Assembly (NCBI GenBank): GCA_048940445.1
Contig: JBHLON010000047.1
Location: 1 to 19,261 of the forward strand
Origin: Promethearchaeota archaeon
GTDB taxonomy: Archaea > Asgardarchaeota > Lokiarchaeia > Sigyniarchaeales > SOKP01
Reading direction: 5' to 3'
DNA: 19,261 bases
Made by a program: the position numbers and the translations under genes. Positions within the stretch are counted from its first letter, which is position 1, and the number at the start of each line of letters is the position of its first letter. The notes below the pieces were generated by a model. It ran no database searches. It was not told the DNA's origin and was given only the letters and a program-made list of their open reading frames with translations. Shown in pieces: positions 1 through 8,236 of the stretch.

Positions 1-545
1 CCAACTCCATCTTCTGGCTTTAATATAATTGGAGTATTGAATTGTCTAAATTTATTAATTATGAAGTTAACACTATACTGTTCATGCTCAAAAGGAATTA
101 AAAATGTTGGTGGAGTATTCATTTTATTCTCTTGAAAAAAGGTGAAGGTTTTTAATTTTGAACTTCCTATTCTAATTCCTTTTAAATTAACACTTAAAAC
201 TGTACTATTATTGTCCAAGGCAATTTTTGTTAACGAATATAGAATTTTTGAAAATTCGGGTGCAATAATAAAGCAGAATTCATTCTTTCTAACACAATCC
301 TTAAACTTCTTAAAAAATTTATCAGATTTCTGAATTACATTTATAAAATCGGCTTCTATATATCTTGATAATAATGCGATGCGAGAGTCTAAAAATGTTT
401 CAATTTCATAGTCCAGATTTTTAAAATCAGCCACAATTGACCTTAGCATTCCATATCCTTCAGCAAAAAGAGAATCTGGAATTTCAACTTGATTAAATCC
501 TCCTCCAGTGACAAATTCTATGATAAAAATTCTGTTTTTCTTCAT
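1..545 (-). CDS. ATP-grasp ligase, MfnD (tyramine--L-glutamate ligase)-like; N-terminal part, truncated at window edge
   Basis: Not in the ORF track. Manual translation from ATG at 545 stays open to base 1: MKKNRIFIIEFVTGGGFNQVEIPDSLFAEGYGMLRSIVADF...CFIIAPEFS...SSKLKTF...TPPT...PIILKPEDGVG. The EF..G / EG..ML / IIAPE / KP.DG.G pattern fits this ATP-grasp family. Confidence 0.75.
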   Translation of the reverse strand, partial: MKKNRIFIIEFVTGGGFNQVEIPDSLFAEGYGMLRSIVADFKNLDYEIETFLDSRIALLSRYIEADFINVIQKSDKFFKKFKDCVRKNEFCFIIAPEFSKILYSLTKIALDNNSTVLSVNLKGIRIGSSKLKTFTFFQENKMNTPPTFLIPFEHEQYSVNFIINKFRQFNTPIILKPEDGV

Positions 546-678
546 AACTTTTTGAATATTTTTTGATCAGAATTTTATAGATCTAGTTGTAATTAAAACA
601 TTTTTATAGATTAGTTTTAAAATGATGATTTAATATTTTAATTAACTTAAATTTAACAAAAACCTATTGAAGGAGAAA

Positions 679-1920
679 ATGTCTACTTTTTTTACAGAAG
701 AGTTAATGCAAAGAATTCGTTATTTGCATTTTAAAATTAAAAAATTAGAAGAAGCTTTAGAAAAAGAGGAAGAACATTTCAGTGTTGATGATTTGAATCT
801 TATTTTGGAATATACTAAAATATTAAATATAAATTATCAGAACCAAAATCAATACGATATATTAAAAAAATTAGATATTACTTCCTCATTCTTTGACCCA
901 CTTGAAAATAATCGTGAAATTGACATAAAAGATATAATGTTTGAATGTGCTCGTGTTTTATGGGTTTTATCTAGAGCCTATTCACAGTTATCAGAGAAGT
1001 TTGAAGAAGATGAGGAATGGGAAAATGCTATTATTGCAATGGCTGAAAGTAGTAAATATTATAAAACATCGGCTTATTTCAGCGCTGCAGTAACCCAGCA
1101 ACCAGATCTGGGTAGTTCTCTAAACTCAGAAAACCTTGAGTTAAATTCAGAAGAAACTCGTATATTAGCACAAAGCATTGCGGCATTATGGGAAGAACAT
1201 AAGAGTAACATTTATTTTGCCTCAAAACTTTATGCTGGTTTAAGTGCATTATCTAAAAGGGTTTTTTATTTAAAGAAGCATGATGAAAAAAAGAAATATC
1301 AATTGAGAGCCCAATTTCATTTTGATATGGGGAAATCATGCTATTTAAAGGCACTTGCTTCATTAGAATCATCGATTACGTCTATCAATAAAGAAAAAGT
1401 TAAAAAATTACAGCAAAAGGCTAATTTTTACTTTATTAAAGCTAAAGAAATTTGGGACGATATGCTCAAATTAATTGCAGGTTTATCTGAAGATGATCAG
1501 GAAAGTATTAAATTGAATCTATCTATTGTAGAGGATCAAATAAAAAATAATGAAGTAGAAACTTTGCAATATGAAGAAATCAAGAAAATTCAAGATCCTG
1601 AACCTATTGTGATAATTCCTGAAAATTTAGCACCGTTTGTTCCAAAAAATGTAATATATCTTACCAAATTTGTACCTAAAGATTTAAACATAAAGAGATT
1701 TAAATCTTTCCAAAGAAAGAAGTTAGAACAAAAAATTCCATATAGTAAGCGAGAAAAATTAAATGATAAGAAGGCGGGAATCGTTAGAACGATAAATGAA
1801 TTGAAATCTTTAAGGGAAAATAATGAAATCGATTTAGAAAAGTTTGCTGAACTTATGGAAAGATATTCTACTAAACTTAAGATGATTGATACTGCAATTG
1901 AGAAAATTACTAAACAATAA
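679..1920 (+). CDS. Helical protein; putative Bro1/ALIX-like domain with C-terminal steadiness-box-like module
   Basis: Long ORF. ATG at 679 follows AAGGAG (670-675), so it is preferred over TTG at 667. Contains FFDP...DIMFECARVLWVLSRAYSQLS and a C-terminal GIVRTINELK...EIDLEKF. The gene is secure; the domain call is by eye. Confidence 0.6.
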   Translation: MSTFFTEELMQRIRYLHFKIKKLEEALEKEEEHFSVDDLNLILEYTKILNINYQNQNQYDILKKLDITSSFFDPLENNREIDIKDIMFECARVLWVLSRAYSQLSEKFEEDEEWENAIIAMAESSKYYKTSAYFSAAVTQQPDLGSSLNSENLELNSEETRILAQSIAALWEEHKSNIYFASKLYAGLSALSKRVFYLKKHDEKKKYQLRAQFHFDMGKSCYLKALASLESSITSINKEKVKKLQQKANFYFIKAKEIWDDMLKLIAGLSEDDQESIKLNLSIVEDQIKNNEVETLQYEEIKKIQDPEPIVIIPENLAPFVPKNVIYLTKFVPKDLNIKRFKSFQRKKLEQKIPYSKREKLNDKKAGIVRTINELKSLRENNEIDLEKFAELMERYSTKLKMIDTAIEKITKQ

Positions 1921-1929
1921 GTTTTAACA

Positions 1930-2403
1930 TTATTTATTAAAATATAATTTTCGGTTTTTTTCTAATTCAAATATCCTTTCAGTCTCCTCTTTAAAAATTA
2001 GATCGTAGACTTCTTTAAATATCACCCCTAATAGTAATGTTTCGATAAATATTATAAGAACTGTTATTAAAATCTGTAAATTGTGTAAATCTATAAATAA
2101 TAAAAAAATAAATGCAATTAGGTTTGGAATAATTAATAAAGATATTATGCCAATTCTCCTTGCAAAATTTAATATATTTTTAATGCCTGATTTAAAAATA
2201 AATTTTAGTCGTAAGGCTTCTATTAAATAATATAAACAGAAAATCATATTAATACCTGTTATAAATATAATAAGGTCTCTTTCGGAAGGCTCTAGGGCAA
2301 TATATGGTTTTAAAATAATTGAAACAAATAGAAATGCAAATGAAAAAAAGAATAAAACAAGCGTTAGTGATAAAAACCCATCATGAAAATCTTTATAATC
2401 CAT
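1930..2403 (-). CDS. Hypothetical membrane protein (about 4 TM helices)
   Basis: 157-aa ORF with four hydrophobic segments and a charged C-terminal tail. Confidence 0.75.
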   Translation of the reverse strand: MDYKDFHDGFLSLTLVLFFFSFAFLFVSIILKPYIALEPSERDLIIFITGINMIFCLYYLIEALRLKFIFKSGIKNILNFARRIGIISLLIIPNLIAFIFLLFIDLHNLQILITVLIIFIETLLLGVIFKEVYDLIFKEETERIFELEKNRKLYFNK

Positions 2404-2492
2404 AATATTAGTAATTTATAAGTTAATTAGGATATTGCTAGGTATATTTTTTTTTTAAAAAAAGATTAAAAAAGCAATTTATTTTAATTATT

Positions 2493-2777
2493 ATGTCTGA
2501 TCAGATTAAATTACTTCTTTATATAAAGAACATGTTATCAGATCTTATTTATATCAATAGTATTATAGCCACTGAATTAATTAAAGTTACTGAAAATGTT
2601 GCTGCCCAAAGATATGACCAAGATTTTCTGAAACAAAGTCGTTGTGTTGAAGAACATAATAAGTTAAACAAAGGTATCCTTGATGTATTAGAGAAATACT
2701 ATAAAGCACCGGATGAAAATGAAAGATTGAAAAATCTAATGAATCATGCATTAAAACATAATATCAATAATGAATAA
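2493..2777 (+). CDS. Hypothetical helical protein
   Basis: 94-aa ORF; its stop overlaps the start of the next gene, suggesting an operon. Confidence 0.75.
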   Translation: MSDQIKLLLYIKNMLSDLIYINSIIATELIKVTENVAAQRYDQDFLKQSRCVEEHNKLNKGILDVLEKYYKAPDENERLKNLMNHALKHNINNE

Positions 2778-3222
2778 AATGACAGATCCTAAAGATAATT
2801 TTGATAATTTTGTTGAAAAACTACAACAAGAAATAAATGAGAAAGAGATTGAAGACTTTAATGAACAAATTGTCAGCTTATGCCGTAATCCTCCAAATTG
2901 GGGTCGCCCTCTTAACAAAGAGGTTACTATTTCTCATTCAGGTCTTGACCAACATAAAAATCTGATACAATTCTTTTTAAAAATAGAGGGTGAAAAAATC
3001 ATAAAAGCAAATTTTATCACTGATGGTTGTGGGGTTACTGTAGCTATTGCTAGTCAAATAACCTTATTAATAGAAGGAAAAACGCTAGATTTTGCTAGCA
3101 ATTTAAGAGGCAAAGACATAGATAAAGCACTAAAAGGTTTACCAAAGGGTCATAAACAACATGCCAACTTAATTGTAAAAATTCTAAAAGAATTAATTAT
3201 TAAATATCAAAATTCGAAGTAG
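2770..3222 (+). CDS. IscU/NifU N-terminal-like Fe-S scaffold family protein, degenerate
   Basis: NPPNWG, FFLKIEGEKIIKANFITDGCG..VA.AS....LIEGKTL..A, LKGLP..H.H pattern. The start may be ATG 2770 or 2779. Confidence 0.8.
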   Translation: MNKMTDPKDNFDNFVEKLQQEINEKEIEDFNEQIVSLCRNPPNWGRPLNKEVTISHSGLDQHKNLIQFFLKIEGEKIIKANFITDGCGVTVAIASQITLLIEGKTLDFASNLRGKDIDKALKGLPKGHKQHANLIVKILKELIIKYQNSK

Positions 3223-3232
3223 GGATATTTGC

Positions 3233-3952
3233 ATGGGGGACTTAAAGATAGAGAATATAGATATACCTATAATGTCAGCAAACATTAATTTAAAAGCATC
3301 AATCTACTTTAAAGAAAAAGATCATAAGGCTCCTTTTGTAATTAATCTCCCAGGATTATTAGATCATCGAGAAAGTTATTTTGTAAGATATTATAGTGAG
3401 AAATTTGCTGAAGCAGGTTATTATGTCTTATCTTATGATTACAGAGCTCATGGAGAAACTAAAAAACAAACAGGTCACAAATCATGGTATAGATTAGTGG
3501 TAGATATTTTTAAGGATATAGGAGTAGTAATTGAATGGGTTATCAAAAATCAATCTAAAAGACTTTTGAACGAGGATATTATACTCTTTGGGAGAAGTTT
3601 AGGTGGAGCCATAATTTTGACCTATGGATTTGTCGATGAGCGCGTAAAAAAATTAATTTCGCTTTGTACGCGATATGACTATAGTAGTACAAGTGTTAAA
3701 TTTTCAGACGATATTATAAAAAGGATTAGCCCAAAATATTTTCTTAAGAAGATGGATAATAATGGTGATAGGATTTTAATCGCTCATTGTAAAGATGATA
3801 ATAGGATCCCTTTTGAAAACGTTTATCTGATAAAAACCCATTTGGGATTAGAAGATAGCAATGTTCTCATATTTAATGAGGGAGGACATTCTTTTAAAGG
3901 TCACAGAGAAGAATTACTTCAATATTGTTTAAAGTTTATAAAGAATTTATAA
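3233..3952 (+). CDS. Alpha/beta-fold serine hydrolase
   Basis: YDYRAHGET, nucleophile elbow GRSLGG, acid in HCKDD..IP, catalytic His in GGHSF. Confidence 0.9.
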   Translation: MGDLKIENIDIPIMSANINLKASIYFKEKDHKAPFVINLPGLLDHRESYFVRYYSEKFAEAGYYVLSYDYRAHGETKKQTGHKSWYRLVVDIFKDIGVVIEWVIKNQSKRLLNEDIILFGRSLGGAIILTYGFVDERVKKLISLCTRYDYSSTSVKFSDDIIKRISPKYFLKKMDNNGDRILIAHCKDDNRIPFENVYLIKTHLGLEDSNVLIFNEGGHSFKGHREELLQYCLKFIKNL

Positions 3953-4000
3953 TAAGAGTGATTAATTAAAATAATAATTTAATTCTAGTGAGAGATGCAT

Positions 4001-4903
4001 ATGGAAAAAGTTTTAATTGCGGGTCCCGGAAGTCAAATTCTTGGTGTAAAAATTGCTAATGAATTACAAATTCCAGTAATAAATACCGAATTTAAAAACT
4101 TTCCCGATGGTGAGAATTATCTAAGAATAAACGTGGAAGATGATGCAATTATCAAAGGCAATGAAGTAATAATCGTTCACTCTACGGGACCAAGCTCAAA
4201 TAGTGATCAAAATAAAAGGTTATTTGAACTTTTCATGATAATTGATTCAGCTAAGATAATGAACCCTAAGAAGATTTCTGTTGTAGTCCCTTATTTAGCA
4301 TACGCTCGTCAAGATAAAATATTCAGAACAGGAGAGTGCCCATTTGCTGAGATTGTTGTGAAGCTTTTAAATTCATTTAATATAGATGAATTTTATACTG
4401 TAGATGTACATAATCCCCAAATTTTGAAACATTTTTCATGTAAAGCCATAAATATCGATTCTATGAAAATCTTAGCTGATTATGTAAAATCATTAGATAT
4501 TGAAAATATTGTAGTCGTATCTCCCGATAAAGGAGCTATAGAAAGATCTAAAGCATTTGCAAAGCACTTTGGTGAGAATACACCCGTAGAATATTTTGAG
4601 AAAGAAAGAGATGTTAGAACAGGAGAGATAAAAATGTCAGGTAAACTTAATTTGAGAAATAAAGATGTTGTTATTGCTGATGACATCATTTCCACTGGAG
4701 GTACAATGGCAAAAGCAATTAGCTTAGTAAAAAAAAGTGGAGCACGGAAAATTTACGCTGTCGCAACTCATGCTTTAATGTTACAACAAGCAAAATTTAA
4801 CATTTTAAATGCTGGTGCCGATGATATAATCGGCACAGATTCAATTGATAATGAATTAGCAAAAGTCTCATTACTCAAAGCAATATCTAAATATCTAAAA
4901 TAA
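4001..4903 (+). CDS. prs: Ribose-phosphate pyrophosphokinase
   Basis: FPDGE, PYLAYARQDK, VDVH, VVSPDKGA, DDIISTGGT and ATHA motifs. The start may be ATG 3995 or 4001. Confidence 0.97.
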   Translation: MEKVLIAGPGSQILGVKIANELQIPVINTEFKNFPDGENYLRINVEDDAIIKGNEVIIVHSTGPSSNSDQNKRLFELFMIIDSAKIMNPKKISVVVPYLAYARQDKIFRTGECPFAEIVVKLLNSFNIDEFYTVDVHNPQILKHFSCKAINIDSMKILADYVKSLDIENIVVVSPDKGAIERSKAFAKHFGENTPVEYFEKERDVRTGEIKMSGKLNLRNKDVVIADDIISTGGTMAKAISLVKKSGARKIYAVATHALMLQQAKFNILNAGADDIIGTDSIDNELAKVSLLKAISKYLK

Positions 4904-5446
4904 ATAATAATTTTTTAAGATCTTCAAAACAATTTTCCTTATTTTCCTACTTAGTGTCTCTTTTGTTGAATTATTTAAGATTTTATAATCTGCTTTTAAT
5001 AATACTTCTCTGATACCAAACTCAGTTTCTCTCTCCTCTCTTGCTAGTATGTTAGACAGCACTCTTGGATCATCACTTCTTGAGCGGTCTAGAATCCTTT
5101 TGCGCCTAATTGCATTTTTAGTGAAGATTTCAATTAAAGGAAACTTCCAATTCTCCTTAAATACATCCACTTCCACCACTGATCTAATTCCATCAACAAA
5201 CACAACTTCAGTTTCCAGATTTTTTATTAATTGAACGCATCTTTTAGCAATGATTCCTCTACCATATCTCTCTCTTAATTGCCTAGCAATTTTCCCTAAA
5301 TTCTCATCCGTTGGTTCAATATTTTTACTTTTTGCTTCATTTCTTACAACATCACCCATATTAATTACTATACCTAAATCTTGGATTGCGCTTATAGCTG
5401 TTGATTTACCTGATCCAGGAAGTCCACAAAATCCTAAAACTTTCAT
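4895..5446 (-). CDS. Archaeal P-loop kinase, UPF0200 / dephospho-CoA-kinase-like family
   Basis: Walker A GLPGSGKS, MGDVVR, LRE.YG, DGIRS..E and R.RSDD. Its 3' end overlaps prs convergently by 9 nt. Confidence 0.85.
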   Translation of the reverse strand: MKVLGFCGLPGSGKSTAISAIQDLGIVINMGDVVRNEAKSKNIEPTDENLGKIARQLRERYGRGIIAKRCVQLIKNLETEVVFVDGIRSVVEVDVFKENWKFPLIEIFTKNAIRRKRILDRSRSDDPRVLSNILAREERETEFGIREVLLKADYKILNNSTKETLSRKIRKIVLKILKNYYLF

Positions 5447-5550
5447 TAATTAGTTCAAATTATCTTGAAGAATAATTTAAAAACTATATAAAAGAATAAA
5501 AATCTTTAAACTATAATTAATTTGTTAAAAAATTATTTCATGGTTAAAAG

Positions 5551-6765
5551 ATGAACCCTAAACAAGGAAAGCCCGATGAAGAAAATAATGAATTATTACA
5601 TACTAAAAACTTGACAGGGTCATCTTCAACTGCTAAATTGATAGAAGAATATGGCATCAATCCGATTAAAACTCCTGTAGTATTAAAGCTAAATGCGTAT
5701 AAAAGAATGGTTGGATATGCAATAAGATATGCAAATAATAAATTAGCAACAAGAAACTGGCGTGAAGTTTATGGGATTTTAATTGGATCTATTGAAGAAA
5801 ATAAAAGAGTTATCGTAAAAGATGCTATTCCCATGGTGGCAGGTGACCGAGCCGGAGTGAAATATGAAAGCAAACAATATGTTGATATGGCTCAGATTGA
5901 TGAATCTATATTCGAAAAATCTATTCAAGACAAAAAAAGTGATTTTATAATTGGATGGTGGCATTCTCATCCCGGTTTCAAATTTTTCTTTAGCCCAGTA
6001 GATTGCTTAACTCAATTGGGCTATCAAATTCCAAATCCGTTTGCCGTAGGTTTAATTTTCGATCATTGTGAATTAAAGTCATCTGATTTTTTTCTCGGAA
6101 TTGCAGCATTAAGAATATTAAATCCAGATAAAGGCATGTTCTCCACATACGATTTTACAGATTTGTCTTATGAATACGATGAAAAAAAGATGTTTAAAAA
6201 AGTAGAGCCTATATTCACTGATTTAGATAATAAGATCGAAAAAGTTTTAAAAGAGATAACATTAATAGATGAAATTTTACGTAAAAGATACTTAGCTCAA
6301 CTTCAGAGGAATTATGGTTTAATCTTGGTGCCTAAAAGTGACATTAAAGTCACGGATAATGAAGAAGAGGCTGAAGAAGATGAAAAATACCTGTATGAAT
6401 GGGATCCTGAATTTTTTAAAAAAAGCTATAGAATACCAAAATTTAGAGAAAAAGTAGAAGAACGAATTAAAGAATATGAAGATAAATTGCTTGAAATTAA
6501 AGATGATAATTCTAAGTTTAAACAAAGGAAGGAAAAATTTAAGAAGAAGATTCAAGCATTATTGTCAAAACCTAATGATTGGTATAATAAAATAATAGAA
6601 GAATTTACTAAACGAATAGAAATAATCTCTCCTTATTTTGAATATTTAGATACTGATGAGCGAAAAATAATCGAGCATTTCGAATCTAGGAGTTTTGAAT
6701 ATCAAACAATTTTAGATGATTTAAATAAGCGCTCAGAATTTAATAGAAATTTTGAATCTATATAA
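5551..6765 (+). CDS. JAMM/MPN+ metalloprotease (Rpn11/CSN5/BRCC36-like) with long helical C-terminal extension
   Basis: EVYGILIG (catalytic Glu) and GWWHSHPGFKFFFSPVD (H-S-H-x7-S-x2-D). The C-terminal half is charged and coiled-coil-like. Confidence 0.9.
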   Translation: MNPKQGKPDEENNELLHTKNLTGSSSTAKLIEEYGINPIKTPVVLKLNAYKRMVGYAIRYANNKLATRNWREVYGILIGSIEENKRVIVKDAIPMVAGDRAGVKYESKQYVDMAQIDESIFEKSIQDKKSDFIIGWWHSHPGFKFFFSPVDCLTQLGYQIPNPFAVGLIFDHCELKSSDFFLGIAALRILNPDKGMFSTYDFTDLSYEYDEKKMFKKVEPIFTDLDNKIEKVLKEITLIDEILRKRYLAQLQRNYGLILVPKSDIKVTDNEEEAEEDEKYLYEWDPEFFKKSYRIPKFREKVEERIKEYEDKLLEIKDDNSKFKQRKEKFKKKIQALLSKPNDWYNKIIEEFTKRIEIISPYFEYLDTDERKIIEHFESRSFEYQTILDDLNKRSEFNRNFESI

Positions 6766-6895
6766 ATGAATGAAATTACCATTTTAGAAATAAATAATAT
6801 AAATAATTTAAACAAATTTTATATTTATTGGTATATAATTACTAATTAGACTTCTTTTTATTCATTCCTAGTAATTTTATTAAGAAGGTTCTTAA

Positions 6896-7213
6896 ATGGC
6901 TAATGATACGACTCTAGTAATAAAAAACCGCTCTGATAAAGATAGAACGATTAAAGATGCCATTTTCGCTTTTTCAGGAGGAACCAAATCTTTAATGATA
7001 AAAGGAGAAGGAAATGAAATCTCAACAGCAGTTGAAGTAGCTGAAATTTTAAAGCATAGAATGTATCCAAGTATCGAAATTGCAAATATTTCGTTAGGAA
7101 GTCGTCCCTATTATAATCATAAACGACGTGGTTATAAAAATAGACAAAAACCGAAACAAAAAAAAGATTTAATCTCTAACATAGAAATAACTCTTTCAAA
7201 ATTAAATTTGTAG
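6896..7213 (+). CDS. Divergent Alba-family nucleic-acid-binding protein
   Basis: IKGEGNEISTAVEVAEILKHR..P.IEI.NI.LGS...ISNIEITLSK matches the Alba pattern IKARG.AIS.AVDVAE...S.IEI.L. Confidence 0.85.
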   Translation: MANDTTLVIKNRSDKDRTIKDAIFAFSGGTKSLMIKGEGNEISTAVEVAEILKHRMYPSIEIANISLGSRPYYNHKRRGYKNRQKPKQKKDLISNIEITLSKLNL

Positions 7214-7220
7214 TTGTATA

Positions 7221-7385
7221 ATGTCATTTGATAAATTAGGTCCATTATTAGGAGAAACTAGAACTTCTGCGATATGTGAAGTTTGTAAGAATTTTATTTA
7301 TAAAAGAATTTATTATGATGAGAATTCTGAAAAGAAAGAAAAAGTAATTTTTGTATGTAAAAACTGTTTAAATAATAATAAATGA
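7221..7385 (+). CDS. 54-aa zinc-finger microprotein (CxxC-x23-CxxC)
   Basis: Not in the ORF track. MSFDKLGPLLGETRTSAICEVCKNFIYKRIYYDENSEKKEKVIFVCKNCLNNNK*. It starts 7 nt after the Alba stop and ends directly against the stop of the convergent gene. Confidence 0.75.
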   Translation: MSFDKLGPLLGETRTSAICEVCKNFIYKRIYYDENSEKKEKVIFVCKNCLNNNK

Positions 7386-8222
7386 TTAATTTGAAGCTTT
7401 TTGCATTATAATTTCATGCTTTTTTCTTTTCTCAAGAAACTTAACCCAATCAAAAGTCATAATAAAGTACATTATATTTAAAGTAACTATAAGTAATACA
7501 GCTTCAGTTATCACACTTGATGTATCTCCTAAGTCTACACCAGAAACACTTACTCCAAATGTAATTAGAATTGGAAGCATGGCATAGAATAATGTAGTAA
7601 AATTTTTGCCCATCCATGCTGTAATTAGGCATTTAGGAAAATTTATAGGTTTTTCTGCCATACCTAAAGCAATCCACAGAGGGTCATCGGGAATAGGTAA
7701 TGCAGCAGCGAAAAAAATATAAAGATACATAGTCTTAGGATGTTCTAATATAATTTTACTAAAGCCTTGTACATTTTTCAAAGTTTTACTTACAGTTTTC
7801 TTCTCTGCTATTTTTTTAGCACCTTTTCCGATTAGAAGACTCACAAATTCTCCTAAAGCACTACCTAAACCACCAATTAATGTGATGCCTATTATTTCTA
7901 ACCAGAAATATCCATCTAATAATACTCCTCCCAATGTTAAGCCTAAACCCAGATAATTTGAGTATATCCAATTTGAAAAAGAAAAAAGGATAAAAGGATA
8001 AGGAACAGGAAAACCTACACTAGCATTTCCTAATAAACAAATGAAAAATGAAATAATAAGTAAGAAAAGATAGTTTGTTCCTTCTATTAGAATTGCTATG
8101 CTTCTTCTTGCCTGAATAATAGCATCTCGTACTGAGGGAACTGTTAGAAATAAAATAAGATATAGAATAGTGGCTAAATAAAAGAAAATGAACACTATTG
8201 ATAACTTTTTTGGAACTGCCAT
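7386..8222 (-). CDS. DedA/VTT-domain membrane protein
   Basis: Multiple TM segments with GFPVPY, GSALGEFVSLLIG and FAAALPIPDD...I.LG motifs. Confidence 0.85.
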   Translation of the reverse strand: MAVPKKLSIVFIFFYLATILYLILFLTVPSVRDAIIQARRSIAILIEGTNYLFLLIISFFICLLGNASVGFPVPYPFILFSFSNWIYSNYLGLGLTLGGVLLDGYFWLEIIGITLIGGLGSALGEFVSLLIGKGAKKIAEKKTVSKTLKNVQGFSKIILEHPKTMYLYIFFAAALPIPDDPLWIALGMAEKPINFPKCLITAWMGKNFTTLFYAMLPILITFGVSVSGVDLGDTSSVITEAVLLIVTLNIMYFIMTFDWVKFLEKRKKHEIIMQKASN

Positions 8223-8236
8223 ACCATATATTACCG

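Noticed and set aside
142-333. 63-aa + strand ORF
   Set aside because: Antisense shadow of the ATP-grasp gene at 1-545.
4480-6555. Short ORFs 4480-4695, 5049-5234, 5250-5453, 5779-5970 and 6319-6555
   Set aside because: All lie antisense to well-supported genes and have no recognisable motifs.
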